NCBI GenBank assembly: GCA_029251425.1
Contig: JAQXDJ010000072.1
Span: 1-50,655, forward strand
Reading direction: 5' to 3'
Length of the DNA: 50,655 nucleotides
Source: Vicingaceae bacterium
GTDB lineage: Bacteria; Bacteroidota; Bacteroidia; Flavobacteriales_E; Vicingaceae
Part shown: piece by piece, positions 25,524-33,295 of the stretch
Position numbering within the stretch: the first letter of the stretch is position 1
Layout of the letters: each line of letters begins with the position of its first letter
The notes under the pieces: generated by a model
What the model saw: only the letters and a program-made list of their open reading frames with translations
Database searches by the model: none
Told to the model about the DNA's origin: nothing
Made by a program: the position numbers and the translations under genes

Positions 25524-26933
25524 CTATCGTCTTCTCCCTCCAGATGAAGATCTACTTCCGCTACTTCTTGATCCGCTACTTGGCCTACTCGTAGGTCTGC
25601 TAGCAGGACGAGTTCTTGTTGAGCTATTGCTCCTATTATAACTTCCACTAGGTCGGCTATAATTAGAACGTGTATTACTTTTTGGTTTAGTATAAGTGCT
25701 CTTCGGACGAGTAGTTGCTGTTCTTGTTCTAGAGTTATTATACGTGCTCCTTGGTTTTGTTGTTGAACTTGGCCTTGTAGTCGGGCGAGTTGTTCTAGTT
25801 GTAGTCGTTTTTGGACGAGTATAAGAATTTGTACGAGTAGTCCTAGTCGATTTTGTTGGATAAGAATTACTTCTAGTAGTTCTTGTTGGACTAGTACTCC
25901 CATTTGTTGTTCTAGTATTAGGGTATGTACTCCTTGTTGTAGGCCTAACTCCTCCAGTCCTAGTTGTATTTCTAGGATTAGAATACCCATTATTTCGAGT
26001 CGTTTCTCTTACCCCACCACTTCTAGTTGTATTTCTAGTGTTTGAATATCCTGAATTTCTAGTAGATCTTACCCCTCCGGTTCTTGTTGTACCATTAGAA
26101 TTATGATTTCTTACAGCCGCTTCATATTTCTGACCAAAAGATTTATGACCGCTAGTACTTTTTCTTCCTCCTCTAGTTCCATAACCTGAATAACTTGAAC
26201 TACGTCCTCTCTTACCATAATAATAACTATTTCTATCACGACTATTATAATAATTAGAAGCATATACATTCTGATTACCATAACCACCAAACCCATTTTG
26301 ATAATAAGCAGAAACATGGTTTCCATATACTCCGTGGTATCCAAAATTATAACCAGTTCCACAATAACCATAGTTCCCTGTATAGCCCCAGCCCCAATTC
26401 CATCCTAAAGACCACCCTCCATAATAAGACCATCCTATATTCCACCCTGAATAGTTTGGTCTCCACCAGTTGTAACTGGTATAAATACTTGTACCATAGT
26501 TGTAAGGGTTCTGATCATACCAATAATAGTTAGTATAACAATCATCATAATATCCAGCATTTACAGTTCCCCTTCTAAATCTTTTTATTCTTGAAGCGTA
26601 TTCATAATCATAATATTCGTTTTCGTAATCATAATTATCTCCATTATAATAGTTGTTTGTAATCTGAACATTTCCAAACTCATCTTCATAATAAGTAGTA
26701 CTATCTGATATACCCATTCTATTATTATATTCGGCTTCTTTCTCCTTTGCCCTACTATCTCTATAATAATCTGTTGCTGTAGAATACTCATCTTCAGACA
26801 AAACCTCCTCAGAAGTTCTATCAATTTCAAAATTTTTCTTTTTTGATGATGGATAAAAATCATCTTGTGCAGTAATATTTCCTGCAAGCCCTAAAAAGGC
26901 AATAAATAGTGTTATCTGGTTAATTCGTTTCAT
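25524..26933 (-). CDS. Secreted extreme low-complexity protein: acidic Tyr-rich head, aromatic/Gly/Asn core, basic Thr/Arg/Ser/Pro tail
   Basis: 469 aa. Signal peptide MKRINQITLFIAFLGLAGNITAQ and a strong SD (AAGGAGG) 7 nt upstream. This is the longest frame and the only one with a start context. Shorter ORFs in other frames are composition shadows. Confidence 0.7.
   Translation of the reverse strand: MKRINQITLFIAFLGLAGNITAQDDFYPSSKKKNFEIDRTSEEVLSEDEYSTATDYYRDSRAKEKEAEYNNRMGISDSTTYYEDEFGNVQITNNYYNGDNYDYENEYYDYEYASRIKRFRRGTVNAGYYDDCYTNYYWYDQNPYNYGTSIYTSYNWWRPNYSGWNIGWSYYGGWSLGWNWGWGYTGNYGYCGTGYNFGYHGVYGNHVSAYYQNGFGGYGNQNVYASNYYNSRDRNSYYYGKRGRSSSYSGYGTRGGRKSTSGHKSFGQKYEAAVRNHNSNGTTRTGGVRSTRNSGYSNTRNTTRSGGVRETTRNNGYSNPRNTTRTGGVRPTTRSTYPNTRTTNGSTSPTRTTRSNSYPTKSTRTTRTNSYTRPKTTTTRTTRPTTRPSSTTKPRSTYNNSRTRTATTRPKSTYTKPKSNTRSNYSRPSGSYNRSNSSTRTRPASRPTSRPSSGSRSSGSRSSSGGRRR
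25905..26087 (-). repeat. Three tandem 60-63-nt (20-21-aa) repeats inside the low-complexity gene
   Basis: Protein units are TRTGGVRSTRNSGYSNTRNT / TRSGGVRETTRNNGYSNPRNT / TRTGGVRPTTRSTYPNTRTT. On the plus strand the core CTAGTTGTATTTCTAG recurs exactly 63 nt apart (25960 and 26023), with a diverged third copy near 26083. More degenerate T/R/S/P periodicity continues to the stop. Confidence 0.65.
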
Positions 26934-26940
26934 AATATAT

Positions 26941-26947
26941 CCTCCTT
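26941..26947 (-). promoter_or_regulatory. Canonical Shine-Dalgarno sequence for the low-complexity gene
   Basis: The minus strand reads AAGGAGG-ATATATT-ATG (7-nt spacer). No comparable SD precedes any other start codon I inspected in this window. Confidence 0.55.
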
Positions 26948-26983
26948 AATTTTCTTTGTTAATGAAATGTTAAAAGTCATCTT

Positions 26984-27013
26984 CATATTTAAACATCCAA
27001 TTACTGTGCCAAA
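26984..27013 (-). promoter_or_regulatory. Near-consensus Bacteroidota promoter for the low-complexity gene
   Basis: The minus strand reads TTTG (27013-27010), an 18-nt spacer, then TAAATATG (26991-26984). That is one mismatch to TAnnTTTG. It lies in the 94-nt gap after the upstream small gene. Confidence 0.35.
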
Positions 27014-27027
27014 ATCACAACCCTACA

Positions 27028-27384
27028 TTAATGCCAAAAAGCAGCAATTAAAAACATTGTGTTTACAAACACATCTACTACTAATTCTGCTGTACCAGAA
27101 TTCCAAAAAACATTTCTCTTTCTGTTTTGGGAAATTGGCTCTTCATTATAAACTTCATCTCCATAATGAGTATTAAAATCGGTTGGCTCATTTAATTCCC
27201 TTATTTCATTTAAACGATTATAATCTTCTTCTGTTAGGTAGGTTTCAACAATAACACTATCAGCTTTAGAGAACTTTCTTTCCTTTTTTAAATTATCTTT
27301 TTCAAAATCAGATTGAGAAAAAACTTGACCAGCCGAAAAAAGAAGGAAAAGAAAGGGGAGTAAATATATTTTAATAGATTTCAT
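27028..27384 (-). CDS. Small secreted/anchored hypothetical protein
   Basis: 118 aa. Signal peptide IYLLPFLFLLFSAGQVFSQ, acidic Tyr-containing middle (TEEDYNRLNE...HYGDEVYNEEP) and C-terminal hydrophobic helix ELVVDVFVNTMFLIAAFW. Confidence 0.5.
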   Translation of the reverse strand: MKSIKIYLLPFLFLLFSAGQVFSQSDFEKDNLKKERKFSKADSVIVETYLTEEDYNRLNEIRELNEPTDFNTHYGDEVYNEEPISQNRKRNVFWNSGTAELVVDVFVNTMFLIAAFWH

Positions 27385-27401
27385 GTTACCTTAGTTTTAA
27401 T

Positions 27402-27409
27402 TAAATTTG
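27402..27409 (+). promoter_or_regulatory. Candidate -7 promoter box for proS
   Basis: TAAATTTG is an exact TAnnTTTG match, 62 nt upstream of the proS ATG. The -33 position reads TTTC rather than TTTG. Confidence 0.35.
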
Positions 27410-27471
27410 CTTTCTTAAAATTATTGATTCTTTGCTTTTAATCAAGCAATAATTATACCTAAAAAACGAAA

Positions 27472-28950
27472 ATGGCTAAAAATTTCACATCAAGAGAAAA
27501 AGATTACTCACAATGGTACAATGAATTAGTTGTAAAAGCTGATTTAGCAGATCATTCAGCAGTAAGAGGTTGTATGGTAATTAAACCTTATGGCTATGCT
27601 AGTTGGGAAAAAATGCAAGCACAACTAGATAAAATGTTTAAGGAAACAGGTCATCAAAATGCTTACTTCCCTTTGTTTGTTCCGAAAAGCTTGTTTGAAG
27701 CAGAAGAAAAAAATGCAGAAGGTTTTGCCAAAGAATGTGCTGTAGTTACACATTACAGATTAAAAACCGACCCTGAAAACCCTGCAAAATTAATTGTTGA
27801 TCCAAATGCTAAATTAGAAGAAGAACTAATTGTTAGACCAACATCTGAAGCAATTATTTGGAACACTTACAAAGGATGGATTCAATCATACAGAGATTTA
27901 CCAATACTGGTTAACCAATGGGCAAATGTTGTTAGATGGGAAATGAGAACTCGTTTATTTTTAAGAACAGCAGAGTTTTTATGGCAAGAAGGGCATACAG
28001 CACACGCTACGAAAACTGAAGCAATTGAAGAGACCGAAAAAATGCTAGATGTTTATGCTGAATTTGCAGAAACATATATGGCTATGCCTGTTCTAAAAGG
28101 AATTAAAACTGCAAGCGAAAGATTTGCTGGAGCTGACGAAACTTATTGTATTGAAGCTTTAATGCAAGACGGGAAAGCACTACAGGCAGGAACCTCGCAC
28201 TTTTTAGGACAAAATTTTGCCAAAGCTTTTGATGTAAAATATGCCACTAAAGAAGGTAAACAAGAACATGTTTGGGCAACTTCTTGGGGAGTTTCTACCA
28301 GGTTAATGGGTGGTTTAATAATGACTCACTCTGATGATGATGGTTTGGTGCTACCTCCAAACTTAGCTCCTATACAAGTTGCTATTGTTCCTATTTATAA
28401 AGGAGAAGAACAATTGGCTCAAATCTCTGAACAAGTTGCTGTTATAAAAACTGAACTAGAAGCTAAAGGAATTTCTGTGAAGTATGATGATAGAGATACA
28501 CACAAACCAGGATTTAAATTTGCTGAATACGAATTTAAAGGTGTTCCTGTTAGATTGGCTATCGGACCAAGAGACATGGAAAACGGCACTATTGAAGTCG
28601 CAAGAAGGGATACTAAAGAAAAAGAAATTTTACAGCAACAAGATATTGCAGGGAAGATTGAACATTTATTAGAAAATATTCAAAACAATTTATTTCAAAA
28701 AGCAATAGATTTTAGAGAAGATCTAACTAATAAAGCTGATAATTGGGAAGAATTTAAAAACCTTATTGAAAATAAAACTGGATTTGTTGAAGCACACTGG
28801 GACGGAACTGCTGAAACAGAAGAGAAAATTAAGCAAGAAACTAAAGCTACGATCCGTTGTATTCCTCTAAACAATAAATTGGAAGAAGGAAAATGTGTTT
28901 ATTCAGGAAATCCATCTACACAACGCGTAGTTTTTGCCAAATCATACTAA
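27472..28950 (+). CDS. proS: Proline--tRNA ligase (archaeal/eukaryote-like class II type)
   Basis: 492 aa. N-terminal [14 protein letters not shown], class II motifs ([26 protein letters not shown]), a C-terminal zinc-binding-type domain, and it ends ...FAKSY. Confidence 0.95.
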   Translation: MAKNFTSREKDYSQWYNELVVKADLADHSAVRGCMVIKPYGYASWEKMQAQLDKMFKETGHQNAYFPLFVPKSLFEAEEKNAEGFAKECAVVTHYRLKTDPENPAKLIVDPNAKLEEELIVRPTSEAIIWNTYKGWIQSYRDLPILVNQWANVVRWEMRTRLFLRTAEFLWQEGHTAHATKTEAIEETEKMLDVYAEFAETYMAMPVLKGIKTASERFAGADETYCIEALMQDGKALQAGTSHFLGQNFAKAFDVKYATKEGKQEHVWATSWGVSTRLMGGLIMTHSDDDGLVLPPNLAPIQVAIVPIYKGEEQLAQISEQVAVIKTELEAKGISVKYDDRDTHKPGFKFAEYEFKGVPVRLAIGPRDMENGTIEVARRDTKEKEILQQQDIAGKIEHLLENIQNNLFQKAIDFREDLTNKADNWEEFKNLIENKTGFVEAHWDGTAETEEKIKQETKATIRCIPLNNKLEEGKCVYSGNPSTQRVVFAKSY

Positions 28951-28960
28951 CACACTTATT

Positions 28961-29644
28961 ATGGAAAATGCTAAAGATCTAATTATAGAAACGCTAAAAA
29001 CAAAAGCTTCTCTAAAGCAAGATGTTTTTAAGAAAACAAGAGACGTTTTTAAACTTTTTAAGATAGAAGCCGAAAAACTTGTAGAAGAGCTTAAAACTGA
29101 AATGGAACAAATTGATGAAAGAGTTATCATTGATTTTAGAGATAAAGGTGACTACGAGTTTCATATAAAATTTGGTGGAGATATTTTAGTTTTCTTTATG
29201 CATACTAATGTTTTTGATTTTGACAAAAACCACCCTATCTGGAAAACATCCTATTTAAAAGAGGATGAATTAAAAGCTTATTGCGGTTTAATTAACGTTT
29301 ACAATTTCTTAGCAGATTCATTCAAGTACAACCGATTAAACGACCTTGGCTATTTAGTTGCCAGATTCTTTCTAAACAAAGAAGACCATTACTTTGTTGA
29401 AGGAAAAAGACAGCTTGGTTTTTTATATAATGACTTTATAAATGAAACAATTAACAACGATAAAATCAGAAATATTATAGAATCTTCAATGTTATATTCT
29501 ATGGATTTTGATTTACTAACGCCAAGTTACGAAACCATGCAAAACGTTAGTGTACATGAAGTTAACGAAGTAACAAGTGCTATGAGTATAAAAACAGGCA
29601 AACGACTTGGATTTAAATTTGAAGCAGATAATGATATTATATAA
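28961..29644 (+). CDS. Conserved hypothetical protein
   Basis: The track ORF starts at 28934 and overlaps the proS end. The MENAKDL start at 28961 avoids that overlap. It is a soluble, helical-looking protein and I recognise no family. Confidence 0.5.
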   Translation: MENAKDLIIETLKTKASLKQDVFKKTRDVFKLFKIEAEKLVEELKTEMEQIDERVIIDFRDKGDYEFHIKFGGDILVFFMHTNVFDFDKNHPIWKTSYLKEDELKAYCGLINVYNFLADSFKYNRLNDLGYLVARFFLNKEDHYFVEGKRQLGFLYNDFINETINNDKIRNIIESSMLYSMDFDLLTPSYETMQNVSVHEVNEVTSAMSIKTGKRLGFKFEADNDII

Positions 29645-29661
29645 TAATTTTTTTAAAATTG

Positions 29662-29692
29662 TTTGGTAGATTCTAAAATATAGGTACATTTG
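29662..29692 (+). promoter_or_regulatory. Consensus Bacteroidota sigma-A promoter driving tRNA-Glu
   Basis: TTTG (29662-29665), a 19-nt spacer, then TACATTTG (29685-29692). This matches the -33 TTTG / -7 TAnnTTTG geometry exactly and lies about 30 nt upstream of the tRNA 5' end. Confidence 0.65.
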
Positions 29693-29721
29693 CAAACCTT
29701 AAATGAAAAACATTTCATTTT

Positions 29722-29793
29722 GGCCCGTTCGTCTAGGGGTTAGGACGTCTGGTTTTCATCCAGGAAACAGGGGTTCGATTCCCCTACGGGCTG
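29722..29793 (+). tRNA. tRNA-Glu (anticodon UUC)
   Basis: Manual cloverleaf. Acceptor GGCCCGT/ACGGGCT (one G-U pair). D-arm GTCTAGGGGTTAGGAC closely resembles E. coli tRNA-Glu. Anticodon stem TCTGG/CCAGG with loop TTTTCAT (TTC). T-arm AGGGG-TTCGATT-CCCCT. The CCA is not encoded. Confidence 0.92.
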
Positions 29794-29803
29794 CACAAAA
29801 AAA

Positions 29804-29829
29804 CCACTTCAAATTGAAGTGGTTTTTTT
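29804..29829 (+). terminator. Rho-independent terminator after tRNA-Glu
   Basis: CCACTTC (29804-29810) / GAAGTGG (29816-29822) stem with a 5-nt loop and a 7-T run. It is preceded by an A-run, so it could act in both directions. Confidence 0.75.
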
Positions 29830-29878
29830 ATGCCCAATATATTTTTAATTTTACCTTTTAAAGAATAGATCTTTAATT

Positions 29879-31009
29879 ATGAAAGAAGAAAACAAATTAC
29901 TTGAAGTTGGAAAAGTTTTTTTTAAACTTGGATGCTTTGCTTTTGGTGGACCTGCAGCACACATTGCAATGATGGAAGAAGAGGTTGTAAATAAAAGAAA
30001 GTGGATGAAAAGAGAACACTATCTTGATTTAATTGGTGCAACCAATCTTATTCCAGGACCAAACTCCACTGAAATGACAATGCATTGCGGACACGAAAGA
30101 GCGGGTTCTAAAGGTTTATTTGTTGCTGGTATAGCATTTATATTTCCTGCAATAATTATTACAGGATTATTAGGTTTTTTATATGTAGAATACGGACAAC
30201 TTCCCGAAATAGCTCCTTTTGTATTTGGAATTAAACCTGCAGTATTAGCAATAATTGCTTCTGCTGTTATAAAACTAGGTAAAAAAGCACTAAAAAGTTG
30301 GGAACTCGGCATACTCGGTGCTGCAGTTTTAGGTTTAAGTATTTTTGGTGTCAACGAAGTATTAGCATTATTAGGCGCAGGTATAGTCGGTGCAATTATA
30401 TTCTACTTTAAAAGTAAAATAACAAACAAAACAAAATCTATTATTCCTTTTTTCTTACTTCAAGTACCTACCAATGTAATTGTTAAACTAACAAGTTTAA
30501 AAGTGTTTTTAACTTTCTTAAAGGTTGGAGCAATTTTATACGGAAGTGGTTATGTCCTTTTTGCTTACCTTGACGCTGAACTAGTTGAAACTGGATTAAT
30601 GACAAGGCAAGCTTTACTCGATGCAATTGCTGTTGGTCAGTTTACTCCTGGACCAGTATTATCTACTGCTACATTTATTGGATACCAGCTTACAGGGTTT
30701 TGGGGTGCAATAGCTGCTTCAGCAGGAATTTTTCTACCTTCATTTCTTTTTGTACTACTGCTTAATCCACTTATTCCTAAAATGAGAAAATCAAAATTCT
30801 TAAGTTATTTTTTAGATTCTGTAAATGTAGCTGCAGTGGCAATTATGGCTGGAGTACTTTATATAATGAGTATTGAAACAATAACAGATTGGAGAGCAAT
30901 AATTATCGCTTTAATAAGTACTATTATAACATTTGGATTTAAAAAAGTAAGCGTAATGTGGGTGATTACTGGAGGCGCTATTCTTGGATATTTGCTTCAC
31001 CTTATCTAA
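29879..31009 (+). CDS. chrA: Chromate ion transporter (CHR/ChrA family), two-domain form
   Basis: 376 aa. N-terminal FGGPAAHIAMMEEEVV...KWM and second-half GQFTPGPVLSTATFIGY motifs, with about 10-12 TM helices. Confidence 0.8.
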   Translation: MKEENKLLEVGKVFFKLGCFAFGGPAAHIAMMEEEVVNKRKWMKREHYLDLIGATNLIPGPNSTEMTMHCGHERAGSKGLFVAGIAFIFPAIIITGLLGFLYVEYGQLPEIAPFVFGIKPAVLAIIASAVIKLGKKALKSWELGILGAAVLGLSIFGVNEVLALLGAGIVGAIIFYFKSKITNKTKSIIPFFLLQVPTNVIVKLTSLKVFLTFLKVGAILYGSGYVLFAYLDAELVETGLMTRQALLDAIAVGQFTPGPVLSTATFIGYQLTGFWGAIAASAGIFLPSFLFVLLLNPLIPKMRKSKFLSYFLDSVNVAAVAIMAGVLYIMSIETITDWRAIIIALISTIITFGFKKVSVMWVITGGAILGYLLHLI

Positions 31010-31100
31010 CTTAAGTTCTATTATTCTTCACAACAAACAAACACTTCTTTTATTAACTTTGGTAACATAATAATAGCTACAATTTAATTAAGAGAAAAGT

Positions 31101-32117
31101 TTGCAGCCAAAATCAAACATTCCCAAAAACATAACTGACCAATTTGGTAGAACACACAATTACCTTAGAATTTCGTTAACTGAGCGTTGTAATTTAAGAT
31201 GTTTTTACTGCATGCCAGAAGAAGGCATTAAGCTCTCCGAAAAAGAAAATGTATTAACACACGAAGAAATTATTGTTTTAGCAAAAGAGTTTGTTTCTTT
31301 GGGTGTAAACAAAATTAGATTAACCGGTGGTGAACCTTTAATCAAAAAAAACATTGAGAAAATAATCAGAGAGCTTAGCGCTCTACCAATATCATTAGGA
31401 ATAACTACCAACGGAATATTATTGGATAAATACATTGATTTATTTAAAGAGTGTGGCATTAAAGACATCAACATTAGTTTAGACACTCTTGATAAAGAGA
31501 AGTTTGAGTTAATGACTCGTAGAGATTATTACGATAGAGTAATGAGTAACATCTACCAATGTATTTTAGCTGGTTTTAATGTCAAAATTAATGCAGTTTT
31601 AATAAAAGGTACTAACGATAATGAAATTATTGATTTTATAGAGTTTACCAAAGATAAAAATGTGTCTTTTCGTTTTATAGAGTTTATGCCATTTGATGGT
31701 AATAAATGGGATACTTCTAAAGTAGTAAGTTTAAATGCTATTTTAGAAAAAGTTAATAAACACTATATTAAAAGCGATATCATTAAATTAGAAGATAAGA
31801 AAAATGATACGACTAAGAATTATAGAATTAAAGGGTACAAAGGATCTTTTGGAGTAATTAGTACGGTTTCTAATCCTTTTTGTGATAGCTGTAACAGAAT
31901 ACGCTTAACTGCAAATGGAAGAATTAAAAACTGTTTATTTTCTGAAACAGAAGCTAATTTATTAGATCCGCTGAGAGCAGGAGAGGATATTGTTCCTCAT
32001 ATTTTAAAAGCTATTTATCCTAAGATGAAATCTAGGGGAGGAATGGTTTCTAATGAAGATTTTTTTGACAAAGAAAAAAACACAAAGAATAGAGCAATGA
32101 TAAGTATAGGCGGATGA
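31101..32117 (+). CDS. moaA: GTP 3',8-cyclase (radical SAM)
   Basis: 338 aa with a TTG start. YLRISLTERCNLRCFYCMP CxxxCxxC cluster and the C-terminal CDSCNRIRLTANG second cluster. Confidence 0.9.
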   Translation: MQPKSNIPKNITDQFGRTHNYLRISLTERCNLRCFYCMPEEGIKLSEKENVLTHEEIIVLAKEFVSLGVNKIRLTGGEPLIKKNIEKIIRELSALPISLGITTNGILLDKYIDLFKECGIKDINISLDTLDKEKFELMTRRDYYDRVMSNIYQCILAGFNVKINAVLIKGTNDNEIIDFIEFTKDKNVSFRFIEFMPFDGNKWDTSKVVSLNAILEKVNKHYIKSDIIKLEDKKNDTTKNYRIKGYKGSFGVISTVSNPFCDSCNRIRLTANGRIKNCLFSETEANLLDPLRAGEDIVPHILKAIYPKMKSRGGMVSNEDFFDKEKNTKNRAMISIGG

Positions 32118-33295
32118 TATCAGTAGAAGAAGCAAAAACCCTTGTAAACCAAAATGTATTTCCACTAAACCAAGTAGAAATTAATGTTGATGATGCTTTA
32201 GATTTTTATTTAGCTCAGAATATAATAGCACCGATTTCAGTCCCTTCATTTAACCAATCGGCAATGGATGGTTACGCTTTTTCCTTTGGAAATATTAATA
32301 ACCAATTGCCAATAGTTGAAGAAATTGCCGCAGGAGATACTCGAATAGTTGAAGTTAAACCTACCCAAGCTGTAAGAATATTTACAGGATCTAATGTTCC
32401 CAACTCTTGTGACACGGTTGTAATTCAAGAGTTAACCGAAGTTGTTGATGGGAAATTAATCATAAAAGATGAGGGCTTAAAACTAGGAGGAAATATTCGT
32501 TTTAAAGGTTCTCAAATAAAAAAAGGAAGTATTGCTTTAGAAAAAGGAACAAAAATTAATTCAGCAACAGTTGGCTTCTTATCCACTTTAGGAATTACAA
32601 AAGTTAACGTTTACAAATCTCCAAGAGTAACGATTATTGCTACTGGGGATGAATTAGTTAAGCCTGGAAAGAAATTAGAAGTGGGGCAGATTTATGAATC
32701 GAACACTTTTATGCTAAACGCAGCTTTAAATAAAATGAACATCAATCCAACAATTGTTTTGATTGAAGACAATAAAGCAGCTACTCAAAAAGCTGTTTCA
32801 GATGCTCTAGCAAATAATGAGTTATTAATTCTATCAGGAGGAATTTCTGTTGGAGATTACGATTTTGTAAAAGAAGCTTTAGAACTTAATGGAGTAAAAA
32901 AAAAATTTTATAAAGTAAAACAAAAGCCCGGAAAGCCATTGTATTTTGGAAAAACTGATACTAGCTATATTTTTGCATTACCAGGTAATCCTGGAGCAGC
33001 TTTAACTTGTTTTTATCAATATGTTCGTGTTGCAATCGACAAAATGAAAGGTTCACAAGATGCTGGTTTATCTAAATTAAACTTACCAATAGATAGAGAA
33101 TTAATAAAAAAAGAAGGGAGAGCTGTTTTTTATAAAGCACACACTAATTTTAAGTCTGTATCAATATTAGAAGGGCAAGGTTCTGACATTTTAAAATCTT
33201 TTGCCTTAGCCAACTGCTTTGTTTATGTAAAACCAGATGTAACTTTAATTAATAAAAATGAACTTGTAGAAGTACAATTAATTGAAGATGTCTAA
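32114..33295 (+). CDS. moeA: Molybdopterin molybdenumtransferase
   Basis: 393 aa. SAMDGYA, ATGDEL, LSGGISVGDYD and LPGNPGAA motifs. 4-nt overlap with moaA. Confidence 0.9.
   Translation: MISVEEAKTLVNQNVFPLNQVEINVDDALDFYLAQNIIAPISVPSFNQSAMDGYAFSFGNINNQLPIVEEIAAGDTRIVEVKPTQAVRIFTGSNVPNSCDTVVIQELTEVVDGKLIIKDEGLKLGGNIRFKGSQIKKGSIALEKGTKINSATVGFLSTLGITKVNVYKSPRVTIIATGDELVKPGKKLEVGQIYESNTFMLNAALNKMNINPTIVLIEDNKAATQKAVSDALANNELLILSGGISVGDYDFVKEALELNGVKKKFYKVKQKPGKPLYFGKTDTSYIFALPGNPGAALTCFYQYVRVAIDKMKGSQDAGLSKLNLPIDRELIKKEGRAVFYKAHTNFKSVSILEGQGSDILKSFALANCFVYVKPDVTLINKNELVEVQLIEDV

Noticed and set aside
25387-26887. Several additional long ORFs overlap the low-complexity gene in other frames and on the other strand: 25520-25990 (-), 26111-26371 (-), 26585-26887 (-) and 25387-25641 (+).
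   Set aside because: Their products are Leu/Gln/Glu/Ile-only strings with no start context or signal peptide. The biased, repeat-rich composition simply removes stop codons from several frames. Only the 25524-26933 frame has a signal peptide, SD and promoter-like elements.
31010-31100. Looked for a Moco riboswitch upstream of moaA.
   Set aside because: The 91-nt spacer is AT-rich, with no paired GC stems or conserved Moco-motif elements that I could recognise. A covariance-model scan (Rfam Moco_RNA_motif) would be the decisive check.
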